A DNA stretch of 64,000 nucleotides from positions 5,901 to 69,900 of the forward strand of contig JAIPJR010000001.1 in the NCBI GenBank assembly GCA_021734045.1. Reading direction: 5' to 3'. This document shows positions 10,260-19,115 of this stretch, in pieces. Positions within the stretch are counted from its first letter, which is position 1. Each line of letters begins with the position of its first letter. The notes beneath the pieces were generated by a model. It was given only the letters and a program-made list of their open reading frames with translations, had not been told where the DNA came from and did not search any database. Position numbers and translations under genes: made by a program. This DNA comes from Fidelibacterota bacterium. GTDB lineage: Bacteria; Fidelibacterota; UBA8477.

Positions 10260-10508
10260 ATGAGCGAAAAGAGCACATCTCAAACGTCCCATTGGTTAAG
10301 TGAATTACCGTTTACCAAGGTGAACTATGCCCTTTTTCTGGTGGGGATTTTTGTCATTGCACTTGGGTATATTCTCATGGCCACAGGTGAATTGAATAGT
10401 GTTCAATCGCTATCCCTCTCACCCGTTGTATTGCTGATCGGTTATCTGGTGATTATCCCCGTCGCGATTATGTATCGCGGTAGTGAGAAGAAGAGCGTTA
10501 ACCGCTAG
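10260..10508 (+). CDS. Small two-TM membrane protein, uncharacterised
   Basis: ATG at 10260 (MSEKSTSQTSHWLSELPFTKVNYALFLVGIFVIALGYILMATG…) encodes two hydrophobic helices. The longer ORF-track version begins at a TTG at 10149. No recognisable catalytic motif. Confidence 0.35.
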   Translation: MSEKSTSQTSHWLSELPFTKVNYALFLVGIFVIALGYILMATGELNSVQSLSLSPVVLLIGYLVIIPVAIMYRGSEKKSVNR

Positions 10509-10530
10509 CGCGTTGTGTGAATTGAAAATT

Positions 10531-10605
10531 GGGACCGTAGTTCAGCTTGGTTAGAACGCCAGCCTGTCACGTTGGAGGTCGCGGGTTCGAGCCCCGTCGG
10601 TCCCG
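10531..10605 (+). tRNA. tRNA-Asp (anticodon GUC)
   Basis: Folds by hand into a cloverleaf. The acceptor stem GGGACCG/CGGTCCC, D-arm GTTC…GAAC, anticodon stem CCAGC/GTTGG with loop CTGTCAC (anticodon GTC), and T-arm GCGGG-TTCGAGC-CCCGT all pair. CCA is not encoded. Confidence 0.85.
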
Positions 10606-10614
10606 CTTCAAATG

Positions 10615-10647
10615 AAGAGCCCTGAGTTGATTCAGGGCTCTTTTTTA
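10615..10647 (+). terminator. Rho-independent terminator after tRNA-Asp
   Basis: Hairpin gagccctga-gttgat-tcagggctc followed by TTTTTT. Confidence 0.7.
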
Positions 10648-10818
10648 TGTTAAAATGCTGGAAGAGCGGCCGTTTGCGAGTCACACTTCCCGTGATTTGT
10701 TTTAAATCCTATTTAGCAGAAAACCCGATTGATAGTCGCCGTGGATATCCTTTAAAATACTCACTCTGGAGCGTTGACTCACGTGAGCAGGTCGTCTATA
10801 TTGACCAGCCTATGCGGG

Positions 10819-11844
10819 ATGGAAATGACATTAAGAAGTAAGTTGCTCACAGTTGCCGGAATTACCATCACGCTGGTCTTCACTGCATGGGTTAGTACCT
10901 ATTTAATCCTGAATAATACTTATAACCGCGGTGATAATCATGTGAGGATTGTGATACCTCAGGGGGCCGCGCTGGATCAGATCGCCGATTCCCTTTTTGC
11001 GCATGGTGTTATTTACAATAAAACCAGTTTCAAAATGGCAGCCTGGCTGAGCGGAAAAACCCGTCAATTATTCCCGGGTACCTATTATTTACCCCCGCAT
11101 CTTACCAACAAAGCCTTGTTACGACAATTAACCACAGTTCACCTGCAGGAAGTCACCATCACAATCCCCGAAGGACTACGATCAGATGAGATTATCAGCA
11201 TTCTGTCTAAAAATTTAGACTTGGATTCGATAAAACTGAGTGAGCTCATGTCCGATTTTTCTCTCCTGGCCATCGTGGATCATGGCTTTGTTCATTTGGA
11301 AGGGACGCTTTTCCCGGATACCTATCGTTTTGTTAAAGGCGAATCCGCCCGGGGAATACTTGAACGCTTATTGCGGCATTTCAACAGTCGACTCCTACCA
11401 GAGTGGCAGGCGCGCGCTGCGGAAATGGGCATGACCATTCCCGAAATTATCACTGTTGCTTCTCTAGTGGAAAAGGAGACCGCTAATCCCTCGGAGCGGG
11501 CACTTATTTCCGGTGTGTATCACAATCGGTTAAAAAAGCGAATGCTGCTGAATTGTGACCCCACCCTGATTTATGCCCTGGTTCAGATGGGGGAATGGGA
11601 TGGGAATTTGAAGCTGGAACACAAAGAAATGCGAAATCCTTACAACACCTATCGTTACCGCGGGTTACCACCCACACCCATTGCAAATCCGGGCGCTGCC
11701 AGTATCGAAGCCGCTCTGTATCCTGAGGAAACGCCCTATTTGTATTTTGTGGGAATGAATGACGGATCGGGACGGCATGCCTTTTCCACGACACTTCGTG
11801 AGCATATCAACAAGGTGAATCGCTACCAACGCAGAGGGCGGTAA
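10819..11844 (+). CDS. mltG: Endolytic murein transglycosylase MltG (YceG-like)
   Basis: N-terminal TM anchor (MEMTLRSKLLTVAGITITLVF…) followed by a YceG-like domain (…GTYYLPPHLTNKALL…, …NTYRYRGLPPTPIANPG…). The ATG at 10819 is preferred over the TTG at 10774. Confidence 0.75.
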   Translation: MEMTLRSKLLTVAGITITLVFTAWVSTYLILNNTYNRGDNHVRIVIPQGAALDQIADSLFAHGVIYNKTSFKMAAWLSGKTRQLFPGTYYLPPHLTNKALLRQLTTVHLQEVTITIPEGLRSDEIISILSKNLDLDSIKLSELMSDFSLLAIVDHGFVHLEGTLFPDTYRFVKGESARGILERLLRHFNSRLLPEWQARAAEMGMTIPEIITVASLVEKETANPSERALISGVYHNRLKKRMLLNCDPTLIYALVQMGEWDGNLKLEHKEMRNPYNTYRYRGLPPTPIANPGAASIEAALYPEETPYLYFVGMNDGSGRHAFSTTLREHINKVNRYQRRGR

Positions 11845-11849
11845 TAGAT

Positions 11850-14060
11850 TTGTCCGATTTACTGGCAGGCTTGAATCCCGAACAACAGGCGGCTGTGAAA
11901 GCTGCTGATGGTCCCGTACTGATTTTTGCCGGTGCCGGCAGCGGAAAAACACGTGTGCTGACCCATCGCATTGCATACTTGATTCAGGAAAAACAGATTC
12001 CACCATATCAGATATTGGCGGTGACCTTCACCAACAAAGCCGCAGGTGAAATGCGGGATCGTATCCGGGAGCTGGCAGGTGATAATCACGGGCAGATAAA
12101 TGTTGGCACCTTCCATTCCATCTCAGCCCGAATCCTTCGCCGGGAAGCTGAGTCCTTGGGGTACAGCCGCTATTTTACCATTTACGACGATGATGATGGG
12201 TTGCGCGTGATCAAGCAGATTTTTAAGGATAAAAATCTGCCCACCGACCAGGTTCCTCCAAAGGGTGTATTTTACACGATTAAAAACTATAAAAACCAAA
12301 TGATCGGACCGGATGAGCTGGTGGACCAACCCTTCTTTTTCCGGGGCGGGATTGATTTGGTCGAGGTGTATCGGTTATACGAGCGCCGTCTGAAGCAGAG
12401 TAACGCTATGGATTTTGATGATTTGTTGTTGAAACCAATTGAGTTGTTCAAAAACAACCCGGCTATTCTGAAGCTTTATCAGAGCCGTTTTCGGTACATA
12501 CTGGTGGATGAATACCAGGATACCAACCGGGCACAATTCCAAATGGTGAAGTTACTCTCCGAAGTACATCAAAATTTGTGCGTGGTAGGCGATGATGATC
12601 AGTCCATTTATGGCTGGCGTGGCGCGGACATCCGTAATATTCTGGATTTTCAGGATGCATTTCCCAAAGCTCAGATATTCAAATTGGAGCGGAATTATCG
12701 CAGTACGAAGACCATTGTCACAGCTGCTTCAGCCGTAGTGGGGAATAACCGTGACCGGGCTACTAAGCAGCTTTGGACCGAAGCAGAACAGGGCGATCCC
12801 ATTACGGTGCTGCACGCCAGTGATGACCAGCATGAAGCACGGTTGATTGCAGACAAGCTTTTGGAAATTTCTCAGCAATCTGAGCTGACCTTCAGCGATA
12901 TGGCAATTTTATACCGGACAAACGCTCAATCACGGGCATTGGAAGAGCGGCTGCGTGATTATGGTATTCCTTATCAACTCGTGGGAGGAACCAAGTTTTA
13001 TGACCGCAAAGAGGTGAAAGATTCCCTGGCTTACTTACGAATTATCCAGAATCCTGCGGATGATGTGAGCGTCGCCCGGGTGCTTAACACCCCGCCTCGC
13101 GGCATTGGGAAAACCAGTGAGTTACGCCTGGCGTCCTTTGCGTTGGACGAGGATATTTCACTCTTTGAAGCTTTGAAGCGCGTGGACGAGACAGCAGTGG
13201 GAACAGGTCCGGGGAATAGAGTGAAAGACTTCGTGACCCTTATTGAGAAACATGGAGCACGGCTGGCAGAATCCGATCTTGGGGATTGGGTGCAGGCCTA
13301 TTTAATTGAGACCGGGCTGATACAGCAATACCAGGCCGAAGATTCAGAGGAAGCCGAATCCCGTATTGAGAATATCTATGAATTAATCAACGGCATTCGC
13401 GAGTTCCAGGGGCGTCATGAGGAGCCTACATTAGAGGCTTTCTTAGAAGAGGTGGCCTTACTGACTGACGTGGATAAGCTGACGGATGACCGACGCCAGG
13501 TTACACTCATGACCTGCCACAGCGCCAAGGGGCTTGAATTTCCTATCGTATTTCTCGCAGGGCTGGAAGAAGGGTTGTTTCCTCTAATCCGTCAGACTGA
13601 TGGCGACGGCGATCTGGAGGAGGAGCGGCGCCTTTTTTATGTGGGATTAACACGGGCAGAGAAACGGGCGTTCATCAGTTATTGTTCAGCCCGCCAGCGT
13701 TATGGTGAGACCCTGCTTGCCAAGCCATCACGATTTATCAGCGAGATCCCCATGGATCTTATGGAAATGTCCACAGCGAAAGTGTTGGGTGATGAACAGC
13801 CCGTCACGACGGGAACCAATCGACGGGGGAAAATCATGTCAGAACGGAAACAATCACCATTTGTGGCCAAGCGGATAAAACCGGAGGAGGCAGTCGATTA
13901 TGCTGTGGGTCAGACAGTGGAACATGCTTATTTCGGGCGTGGTCGGATAATGGCCATAACCGGTTCCGGCGGCGATTCAAAGCTGACGATTCTCTTTGCG
14001 GGAAACCAGCAAAAGAAAATCATAGCCCGCTATGCCAAACTGAAAATTATTACAAAATAA
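11850..14060 (+). CDS. pcrA: ATP-dependent DNA helicase, UvrD/PcrA family
   Basis: Canonical SF1 motifs: LNPEQQAAV, GAGSGKT (Walker A), VDEYQDTN, a TFHS-like motif, and a C-terminal 2B domain. 736 aa. TTG start. Confidence 0.9.
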   Translation: MSDLLAGLNPEQQAAVKAADGPVLIFAGAGSGKTRVLTHRIAYLIQEKQIPPYQILAVTFTNKAAGEMRDRIRELAGDNHGQINVGTFHSISARILRREAESLGYSRYFTIYDDDDGLRVIKQIFKDKNLPTDQVPPKGVFYTIKNYKNQMIGPDELVDQPFFFRGGIDLVEVYRLYERRLKQSNAMDFDDLLLKPIELFKNNPAILKLYQSRFRYILVDEYQDTNRAQFQMVKLLSEVHQNLCVVGDDDQSIYGWRGADIRNILDFQDAFPKAQIFKLERNYRSTKTIVTAASAVVGNNRDRATKQLWTEAEQGDPITVLHASDDQHEARLIADKLLEISQQSELTFSDMAILYRTNAQSRALEERLRDYGIPYQLVGGTKFYDRKEVKDSLAYLRIIQNPADDVSVARVLNTPPRGIGKTSELRLASFALDEDISLFEALKRVDETAVGTGPGNRVKDFVTLIEKHGARLAESDLGDWVQAYLIETGLIQQYQAEDSEEAESRIENIYELINGIREFQGRHEEPTLEAFLEEVALLTDVDKLTDDRRQVTLMTCHSAKGLEFPIVFLAGLEEGLFPLIRQTDGDGDLEEERRLFYVGLTRAEKRAFISYCSARQRYGETLLAKPSRFISEIPMDLMEMSTAKVLGDEQPVTTGTNRRGKIMSERKQSPFVAKRIKPEEAVDYAVGQTVEHAYFGRGRIMAITGSGGDSKLTILFAGNQQKKIIARYAKLKIITK

Positions 14061-14074
14061 ACTAAATATATACA

Positions 14075-14093
14075 GATAGTTAAGATTATTATC
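14075..14093 (+). promoter_or_regulatory. Fur-box-like sequence upstream of fur-feoAB
   Basis: gatagttaagattattatc matches 14 of 19 positions of the Fur-box consensus GATAATGATAATCATTATC. A second partial match (ATTATCATT) lies at 14134-14142, about 60 nt upstream of the fur start. Confidence 0.35.
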
Positions 14094-14200
14094 TTTACCG
14101 ATTGGATTTGTCGTTTCAATTTTAATTGAGACGCATTATCATTTGGAAGAGTAGCCGTTTTCGGATAGATTAGGATTGATGAGAGTGGGAGGAAAATAGT

Positions 14201-14653
14201 ATGACAACACATGGTGAAGGATCGTTGAAAAAAGTCTTCCGCGACAACCAGCTAAAGGCCACACCCCAACGTCTGGATGTACTTAAGCTACTTATGACCT
14301 GTAGTGAGCATTTAGACGCAGAGGAGATTTACCAGCGATTATTGAAGAAGAAAAAAAATGTGAGTCGCGCAACGATTTACCGTACACTGGAAGTCTTGGT
14401 AGAGCACGATTTTGTCCGAAAACTGGATTTTGGCGACGGTCGGATGCGGTATGAGCAAAACCAAAACCCGGAAGAGCATCATGACCATATGGTTTGTCAG
14501 GTATGTGGAAAAGTGATCGAGTTTTACAATCCTAAAATCGAAGACTTACAGGAACTGGTGGCACAGAATCACAATTTTGTCATGCTCTCCCATACGATGC
14601 ATATCTACGGGCTCTGCAGTGAATGTGCTGAAGGACATAATGGGAACGAATGA
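14201..14653 (+). CDS. fur: Ferric uptake regulator family protein (Fur)
   Basis: 150 aa. Winged-helix region (…RATIYRTLEVLVEHDFV…) and metal-site motifs HHDHMVCQVCG…CSEC, typical of Fur/Zur/PerR. Its position directly upstream of feoAB supports Fur. Confidence 0.8.
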   Translation: MTTHGEGSLKKVFRDNQLKATPQRLDVLKLLMTCSEHLDAEEIYQRLLKKKKNVSRATIYRTLEVLVEHDFVRKLDFGDGRMRYEQNQNPEEHHDHMVCQVCGKVIEFYNPKIEDLQELVAQNHNFVMLSHTMHIYGLCSECAEGHNGNE

Positions 14654-14667
14654 CTTGATGCAGGTGG

Positions 14668-15012
14668 TTGTTTTTGAACACCGGTGCTTTCAACAGGAAA
14701 TCGGTTCATATGTTTAGTCGGTTTAGAAATCGAATGGGTAATAGCGCACCCCGGCACCAGTTAACCCGAGAAGGTGTACGGTTGTGTGACCTGCACCCGG
14801 GTGAAAAAGCGCGCGTCCTTGAAATCGGCGGTAGCGAGCAATTTCGCATTAGACTCATGGAGATGGGACTACTGACCAATGATATTGTGGAGGTGGATAA
14901 ATATGCCCCGCTCATGGATCCCATGGAATTAATCGTGAAAGGATATCATTTATCGCTTCGCAGGATGGACGCGGAAAAAATTGCAGTGGAGCTGATTGAA
15001 CGGAATGAGTAG
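14668..15012 (+). CDS. feoA: Ferrous iron transport protein A (FeoA)
   Basis: SH3-like FeoA domain (…[38 protein letters not shown]…) directly upstream of and overlapping feoB. The true start may be an internal ATG. Confidence 0.75.
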   Translation: MFLNTGAFNRKSVHMFSRFRNRMGNSAPRHQLTREGVRLCDLHPGEKARVLEIGGSEQFRIRLMEMGLLTNDIVEVDKYAPLMDPMELIVKGYHLSLRRMDAEKIAVELIERNE

Positions 15013-17284
15013 AGCGCTGACAGTTGCAGTAGCCGGTAATCCCAACTGTGGGAAGACCACTATTTTCAACGCCCTTACCGGTACGCGTCAGCATGTGGGG
15101 AATTGGCCAGGCGTGACGGTGGAGCGCAAAGAAGGGCGCTTTGTGCACAATGAACAGACCTATAAAGTCATTGACCTGCCTGGAACCTACAGCCTTTCCA
15201 CTTACTCCGTAGAGGAACTCGTTGCACGCGACTTCATCGTTCAGGATGAACCGGATATCATTGTGAATGTGGTGGATGCTTCGAATCTGGAGCGCAATCT
15301 GTTTCTCACAACCCAGTTGATCGAGATTGGCCGTCCCCTGGTTATCGTCCTCAATATGATGGACATGGCCCGGGAGAAGGGGCTGAAAATTGACACCGAA
15401 ACCCTGGGGGTTTTGTTGGGGGCACCAGTGGTTCCAATCGTGGGGCGCACCGGTGAGGGGATAGATGTTTTAAAAGATAAAATCCACCGGATTCAGGCGC
15501 ACACTTCCCAAAAAGCGCGACATATTGACATTCAATACCATCGTGATATCGAAGTCCAGATCGAGAAAATTAGTGCTGTTTTAGCGCAGGGAGAAAGTCC
15601 GCCTGTTAATGTCCGCTGGGTCGCGGTTAAGCTCCTGGAAAAAGATGACCGCATCTGGGAATATCTGGATGGGTTCGCCGATAAAGAAAAATTGCGCCAA
15701 ACCACGACCGAGGCCATTGAACAAATTGAAAAAATTTACCAGGACACCAGCAGGGCGGCTATTTCACATGCCCGTTATGGTTTTGTGCGGGGAGCGATGC
15801 AGGAATGCGTGCGCAGTTCCACCGCTGAGCCCATCGACTACAGTCGTAAAATCGACAAAGTATTGACACATCGGGTACTGGGATTACCCATTTTCGCGCT
15901 CTTCATGTGGCTGATGTTTGTACTGACCTTCGATTTGGGTGCCTACCCCATGGATTGGATTGATGCGGGTATTTCCTGGTTAGTGAATACGCTTCACGCC
16001 CTCGTTCCGGATTCCATGCTCTCCTCACTGGTAGTGGACGGAATGATTGGCGGCGTTGGAGCTATTGCTGTGTTTCTTCCTAATATCTTTATCTTGTTTT
16101 TTGTCATCGCAATCCTGGAAGATTCCGGATACATGGCGCGCATGGCGTTTATTATGGACCGGGTGATGCATACGCTGGGCCTGCATGGGAAGGCTTTCAT
16201 TCCGCTGGTCATGGGGTTCGGCTGTAATGTCCCGGCTATCATGGGGACCCGAATTCTGGAATCCCGTCGGGATCGGATTCTCACCACATTAATCAACCCC
16301 TTCATGAGTTGCAGTGCCAGACTCCCCGTTTATATCCTGGTCGCCGGCGCATTTTTTCCAGAGAATGCCGGAACGGTCATTTTTGCCATGTATGTTCTGG
16401 GAGTTGTTGCAGCCATATTTTCAGGGAAATTGTTCTCCAAAACCGTTTTGCGGGGTATGTCCAAGCCCTTTGTTCTGGAATTGCCGCCCTACCAAAAACC
16501 AAAACTCTCCTCGTTACTACTCCATACCTGGGAGCGTGGTCAGGTTTTTATCCGCAAGATGGGCACGGTGATTCTGGTGGGATCCATCATCGTCTGGGCG
16601 CTGGGATATTTTCCACGAGAAGTAGAGCTGTCGCAGAATTATGAAGCTCAATCTGCTCGCATCACACAGGAGTGGGAAGCGCAGGAGACTGAAATTGAGC
16701 ATGCGTTTGACGCATCGGTAGCCCTGGGAGAAGAGCAGTATGTATCTGCTATGGTACCGTTTGAATCCAGTGGGCATTACAAAGAGCTGGTAACCCAACG
16801 CGATTCTTTGAAGCAACAGATCGCAGCGAACTATCAGGAAGCGTTGCAGAAGGTGGATTTCACGCGGCAGGCGGAGACCATGAGCCAGAAATGGATTGGC
16901 AGACTTGGAAAACTCATTGAGCCGTTGGTGGCTCCGCTGGGATTCACCTGGCGGGAGGGTGTGGCTCTGGTGACGGGTTTCGTCGCCAAGGAAATCGTAG
17001 TCTCCACATACGGTGTGCTTTTTGGTGTGGGATCCGATGCCAGTGAAGAAAATGCCGGGATACTGACCAGTTTGCGCAATTCCGATATGACACCACTTAT
17101 CGGCCTGGCATTTTTAGTCTTTGTCCTGCTGTACACGCCTTGTCTGGCGACGATGGCGGCGATTCGCCGTGAAACCGGAAGTTGGGGGTGGACCACCTTC
17201 TCGGTCGTCTATTCACTTTTATTGGCCTGGCTTCTAGCCTTCGGGATATACAAAATCGGGAGTGCATTGGAATGGCTCACGTAA
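14996..17284 (+). CDS. feoB: Ferrous iron transporter B (FeoB)
   Basis: N-terminal G-protein domain ([24 protein letters not shown]), then a gate/nucleoside-recognition membrane domain. 762 aa. Confidence 0.9.
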   Translation: MNGMSRALTVAVAGNPNCGKTTIFNALTGTRQHVGNWPGVTVERKEGRFVHNEQTYKVIDLPGTYSLSTYSVEELVARDFIVQDEPDIIVNVVDASNLERNLFLTTQLIEIGRPLVIVLNMMDMAREKGLKIDTETLGVLLGAPVVPIVGRTGEGIDVLKDKIHRIQAHTSQKARHIDIQYHRDIEVQIEKISAVLAQGESPPVNVRWVAVKLLEKDDRIWEYLDGFADKEKLRQTTTEAIEQIEKIYQDTSRAAISHARYGFVRGAMQECVRSSTAEPIDYSRKIDKVLTHRVLGLPIFALFMWLMFVLTFDLGAYPMDWIDAGISWLVNTLHALVPDSMLSSLVVDGMIGGVGAIAVFLPNIFILFFVIAILEDSGYMARMAFIMDRVMHTLGLHGKAFIPLVMGFGCNVPAIMGTRILESRRDRILTTLINPFMSCSARLPVYILVAGAFFPENAGTVIFAMYVLGVVAAIFSGKLFSKTVLRGMSKPFVLELPPYQKPKLSSLLLHTWERGQVFIRKMGTVILVGSIIVWALGYFPREVELSQNYEAQSARITQEWEAQETEIEHAFDASVALGEEQYVSAMVPFESSGHYKELVTQRDSLKQQIAANYQEALQKVDFTRQAETMSQKWIGRLGKLIEPLVAPLGFTWREGVALVTGFVAKEIVVSTYGVLFGVGSDASEENAGILTSLRNSDMTPLIGLAFLVFVLLYTPCLATMAAIRRETGSWGWTTFSVVYSLLLAWLLAFGIYKIGSALEWLT

Positions 17285-17472
17285 TTGATATGATGATTAC
17301 CGGGGGGATTGTTTTAGTCGCGGTGGTACTTACCACGAAATATTTATGGAAACTGATTCATCCGCCAAAACACCTGCATCCCACCTGTGTGGCATGTGAT
17401 ACGGGCTGTGAAATTCGTGATATTCGAAACGACTATCACAAAAAGCAGCACCAGCTCCCGGTAAGCTCCTGA
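17272..17472 (+). CDS. FeoB-associated Cys-rich small membrane protein
   Basis: 66-aa ORF overlapping the feoB stop. One N-terminal TM helix ([22 protein letters not shown]) and a C-terminal Cys cluster ([12 protein letters not shown]). This architecture matches the small Cys-rich proteins commonly found 3' of feoB. Confidence 0.55.
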   Translation: MAHVIDMMITGGIVLVAVVLTTKYLWKLIHPPKHLHPTCVACDTGCEIRDIRNDYHKKQHQLPVSS

Positions 17473-17569
17473 TTCACTTCCATCAGAAAATTTCTTAGAT
17501 TAGCGACGATTTAACCAGGCACAAGCAGTGCTTTAATTTTTCGATTTTAACCCTACATTAGGTGTAATT

Positions 17570-18562
17570 ATGTCGCCCAAACTTACCCGTATCGCCGATT
17601 TTAAACCTGGAAAACCGATTCAGGGTTTTTTTCTGGTGAAGGAAATTCACCAGCGAATCACACGCACCGATCAACCCTACCGGGAGTTGGTCTTGCAGGA
17701 CAAAACCGGTACCGTGAATGCGAAAATTTGGCATGATGCCAAAGCGTTTAAAGCCGATTGTATTGCCGGAGATGCAGTGGTGGTACAGGGGACGGTCAGC
17801 GAATACCGGGGGCAATTACAGTTGGAACTGAAGAAGCTGGGTCAGGCCACGCCGGAAAAGCATGCCGAGTATGGTTTTAATCCCACGGATCTCTTGCCGG
17901 CGTCGCCCTATGATATTGACACCATGTGGCAGGAACTCACGGCCATTTTGGAAGGGATGGAAAATCCTTTTCTGCAGCAATTGGTGACCCAATTATACGA
18001 GCAACATGCCGACCAAATTAAAACACACCCCGCATCCATGTTTTTGCACCATGCTGTGTATGGCGGATATCTGGAGCATGTGCTCTCCATGGCAAAAGTC
18101 GGACAATGGCTGGCGGGTCATTATGAAGTAGATCGGGATCTATTCCTCACCGGTATTTTATTACATGATATTGGTAAAATTGTGGAACTTAGGCCGGTGA
18201 ACCAACCGGGCTATACACCGGAGGGAATTCTGATTGGTCATGTGGTCATTGGCCGGGATATGGCGCGGGCTGTTATGGCTGGGATTGAGGATTTTCCTGA
18301 AGAGCTGCAATTAAAGGTGGAGCATCTCATTCTCTCTCACCAGGGGACCTATGAATGGCAGAGCCCCAAAAAACCGAAATTTCTGGAGGCCATGCTCTTA
18401 CACATGATTGATGAGATGGATGCCCGGGTGAATATGTTCCGATCGGCCGTCGAGCAGGACCAAGAGCCGGGGTCTTTCACCAATCGCTATAATTATTTTC
18501 GACTCAATTTATTGAAAGGTCCGTTGAACAGAGATGCGGATGATGACGCTGACGCTGATTGA
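17570..18562 (+). CDS. OB-fold + HD-domain 3'-5' exoribonuclease (YhaM-like)
   Basis: N-terminal OB-fold region followed by an HD phosphohydrolase motif (…LEHVLSMAKV…LLHDIGKI…). 330 aa, with an acidic DADDDADAD tail. Confidence 0.65.
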   Translation: MSPKLTRIADFKPGKPIQGFFLVKEIHQRITRTDQPYRELVLQDKTGTVNAKIWHDAKAFKADCIAGDAVVVQGTVSEYRGQLQLELKKLGQATPEKHAEYGFNPTDLLPASPYDIDTMWQELTAILEGMENPFLQQLVTQLYEQHADQIKTHPASMFLHHAVYGGYLEHVLSMAKVGQWLAGHYEVDRDLFLTGILLHDIGKIVELRPVNQPGYTPEGILIGHVVIGRDMARAVMAGIEDFPEELQLKVEHLILSHQGTYEWQSPKKPKFLEAMLLHMIDEMDARVNMFRSAVEQDQEPGSFTNRYNYFRLNLLKGPLNRDADDDADAD

Positions 18563-19115
18563 GTACCAGCGTGCCGCCCTGGCGGCTATGCTTGTTGCGC
18601 TACTGCTGGCGGTTGGTGTCACATTTGTCTTCATTCCGAACTTCGAATTAGTTACCACAACGGCATTTCTCACCGGCTACCTCATGGGGCCTCGCTGGGG
18701 TTGGTGGGTTGCCGGGCTGGGAGAAGCGCTATTCTCCGCCATAAATCCAATTGGTTCAGGTCTGGCGTTTCCGGTTCTGTTCCTCTTCCAAATCCTGTCC
18801 ATCATGTTTGTCGCCGGGGTGGGAAGCCTCTTTTACCGGTATCAGATGGCGGAGCAACCGGGCACAGGGACGCATATCTGGCTGGGCGTATTGGGTGGAG
18901 GTTTGACGCTCATATACGATTTTCTCACGGCGCTTAGTTTCCCCTTAACAGCGGGCATTGGAGGATGGACATTGCTCACGGTGGCCGTTCTTGGTTTGGG
19001 GTTCTTTATTGTTCATATCGTGGTGAATAGTCTGCTGTTTGCGATGGTTTTGCCGCATCTTATGTACCTGGGACGGCGCCAGTTGATGCTCCATGGAATT
19101 CTTCAGCATGATTAA
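18534..19115 (+). CDS. Polytopic membrane protein, uncharacterised (possibly an ECF-transporter S-component-like protein)
   Basis: 193 aa with five or six hydrophobic helices. It overlaps the 3' end of the YhaM-like gene by 29 nt and the next gene by 23 nt, which suggests translational coupling. Confidence 0.45.
   Translation: MRMMTLTLIEYQRAALAAMLVALLLAVGVTFVFIPNFELVTTTAFLTGYLMGPRWGWWVAGLGEALFSAINPIGSGLAFPVLFLFQILSIMFVAGVGSLFYRYQMAEQPGTGTHIWLGVLGGGLTLIYDFLTALSFPLTAGIGGWTLLTVAVLGLGFFIVHIVVNSLLFAMVLPHLMYLGRRQLMLHGILQHD

Noticed and set aside
10531-11844. tRNA-Asp as an integration site for a genomic island
   Set aside because: Downstream genes (mltG, uvrD/pcrA, fur-feoAB) are housekeeping. 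No integrase, direct repeat of the tRNA 3' end, or compositional shift follows the tRNA.
14996-15012. Apparent 17-nt overlap of feoA and feoB as a possible frameshift or fusion
   Set aside because: Short feoA/feoB overlaps are common. The two frames each carry complete, independent domains with their own start codons.
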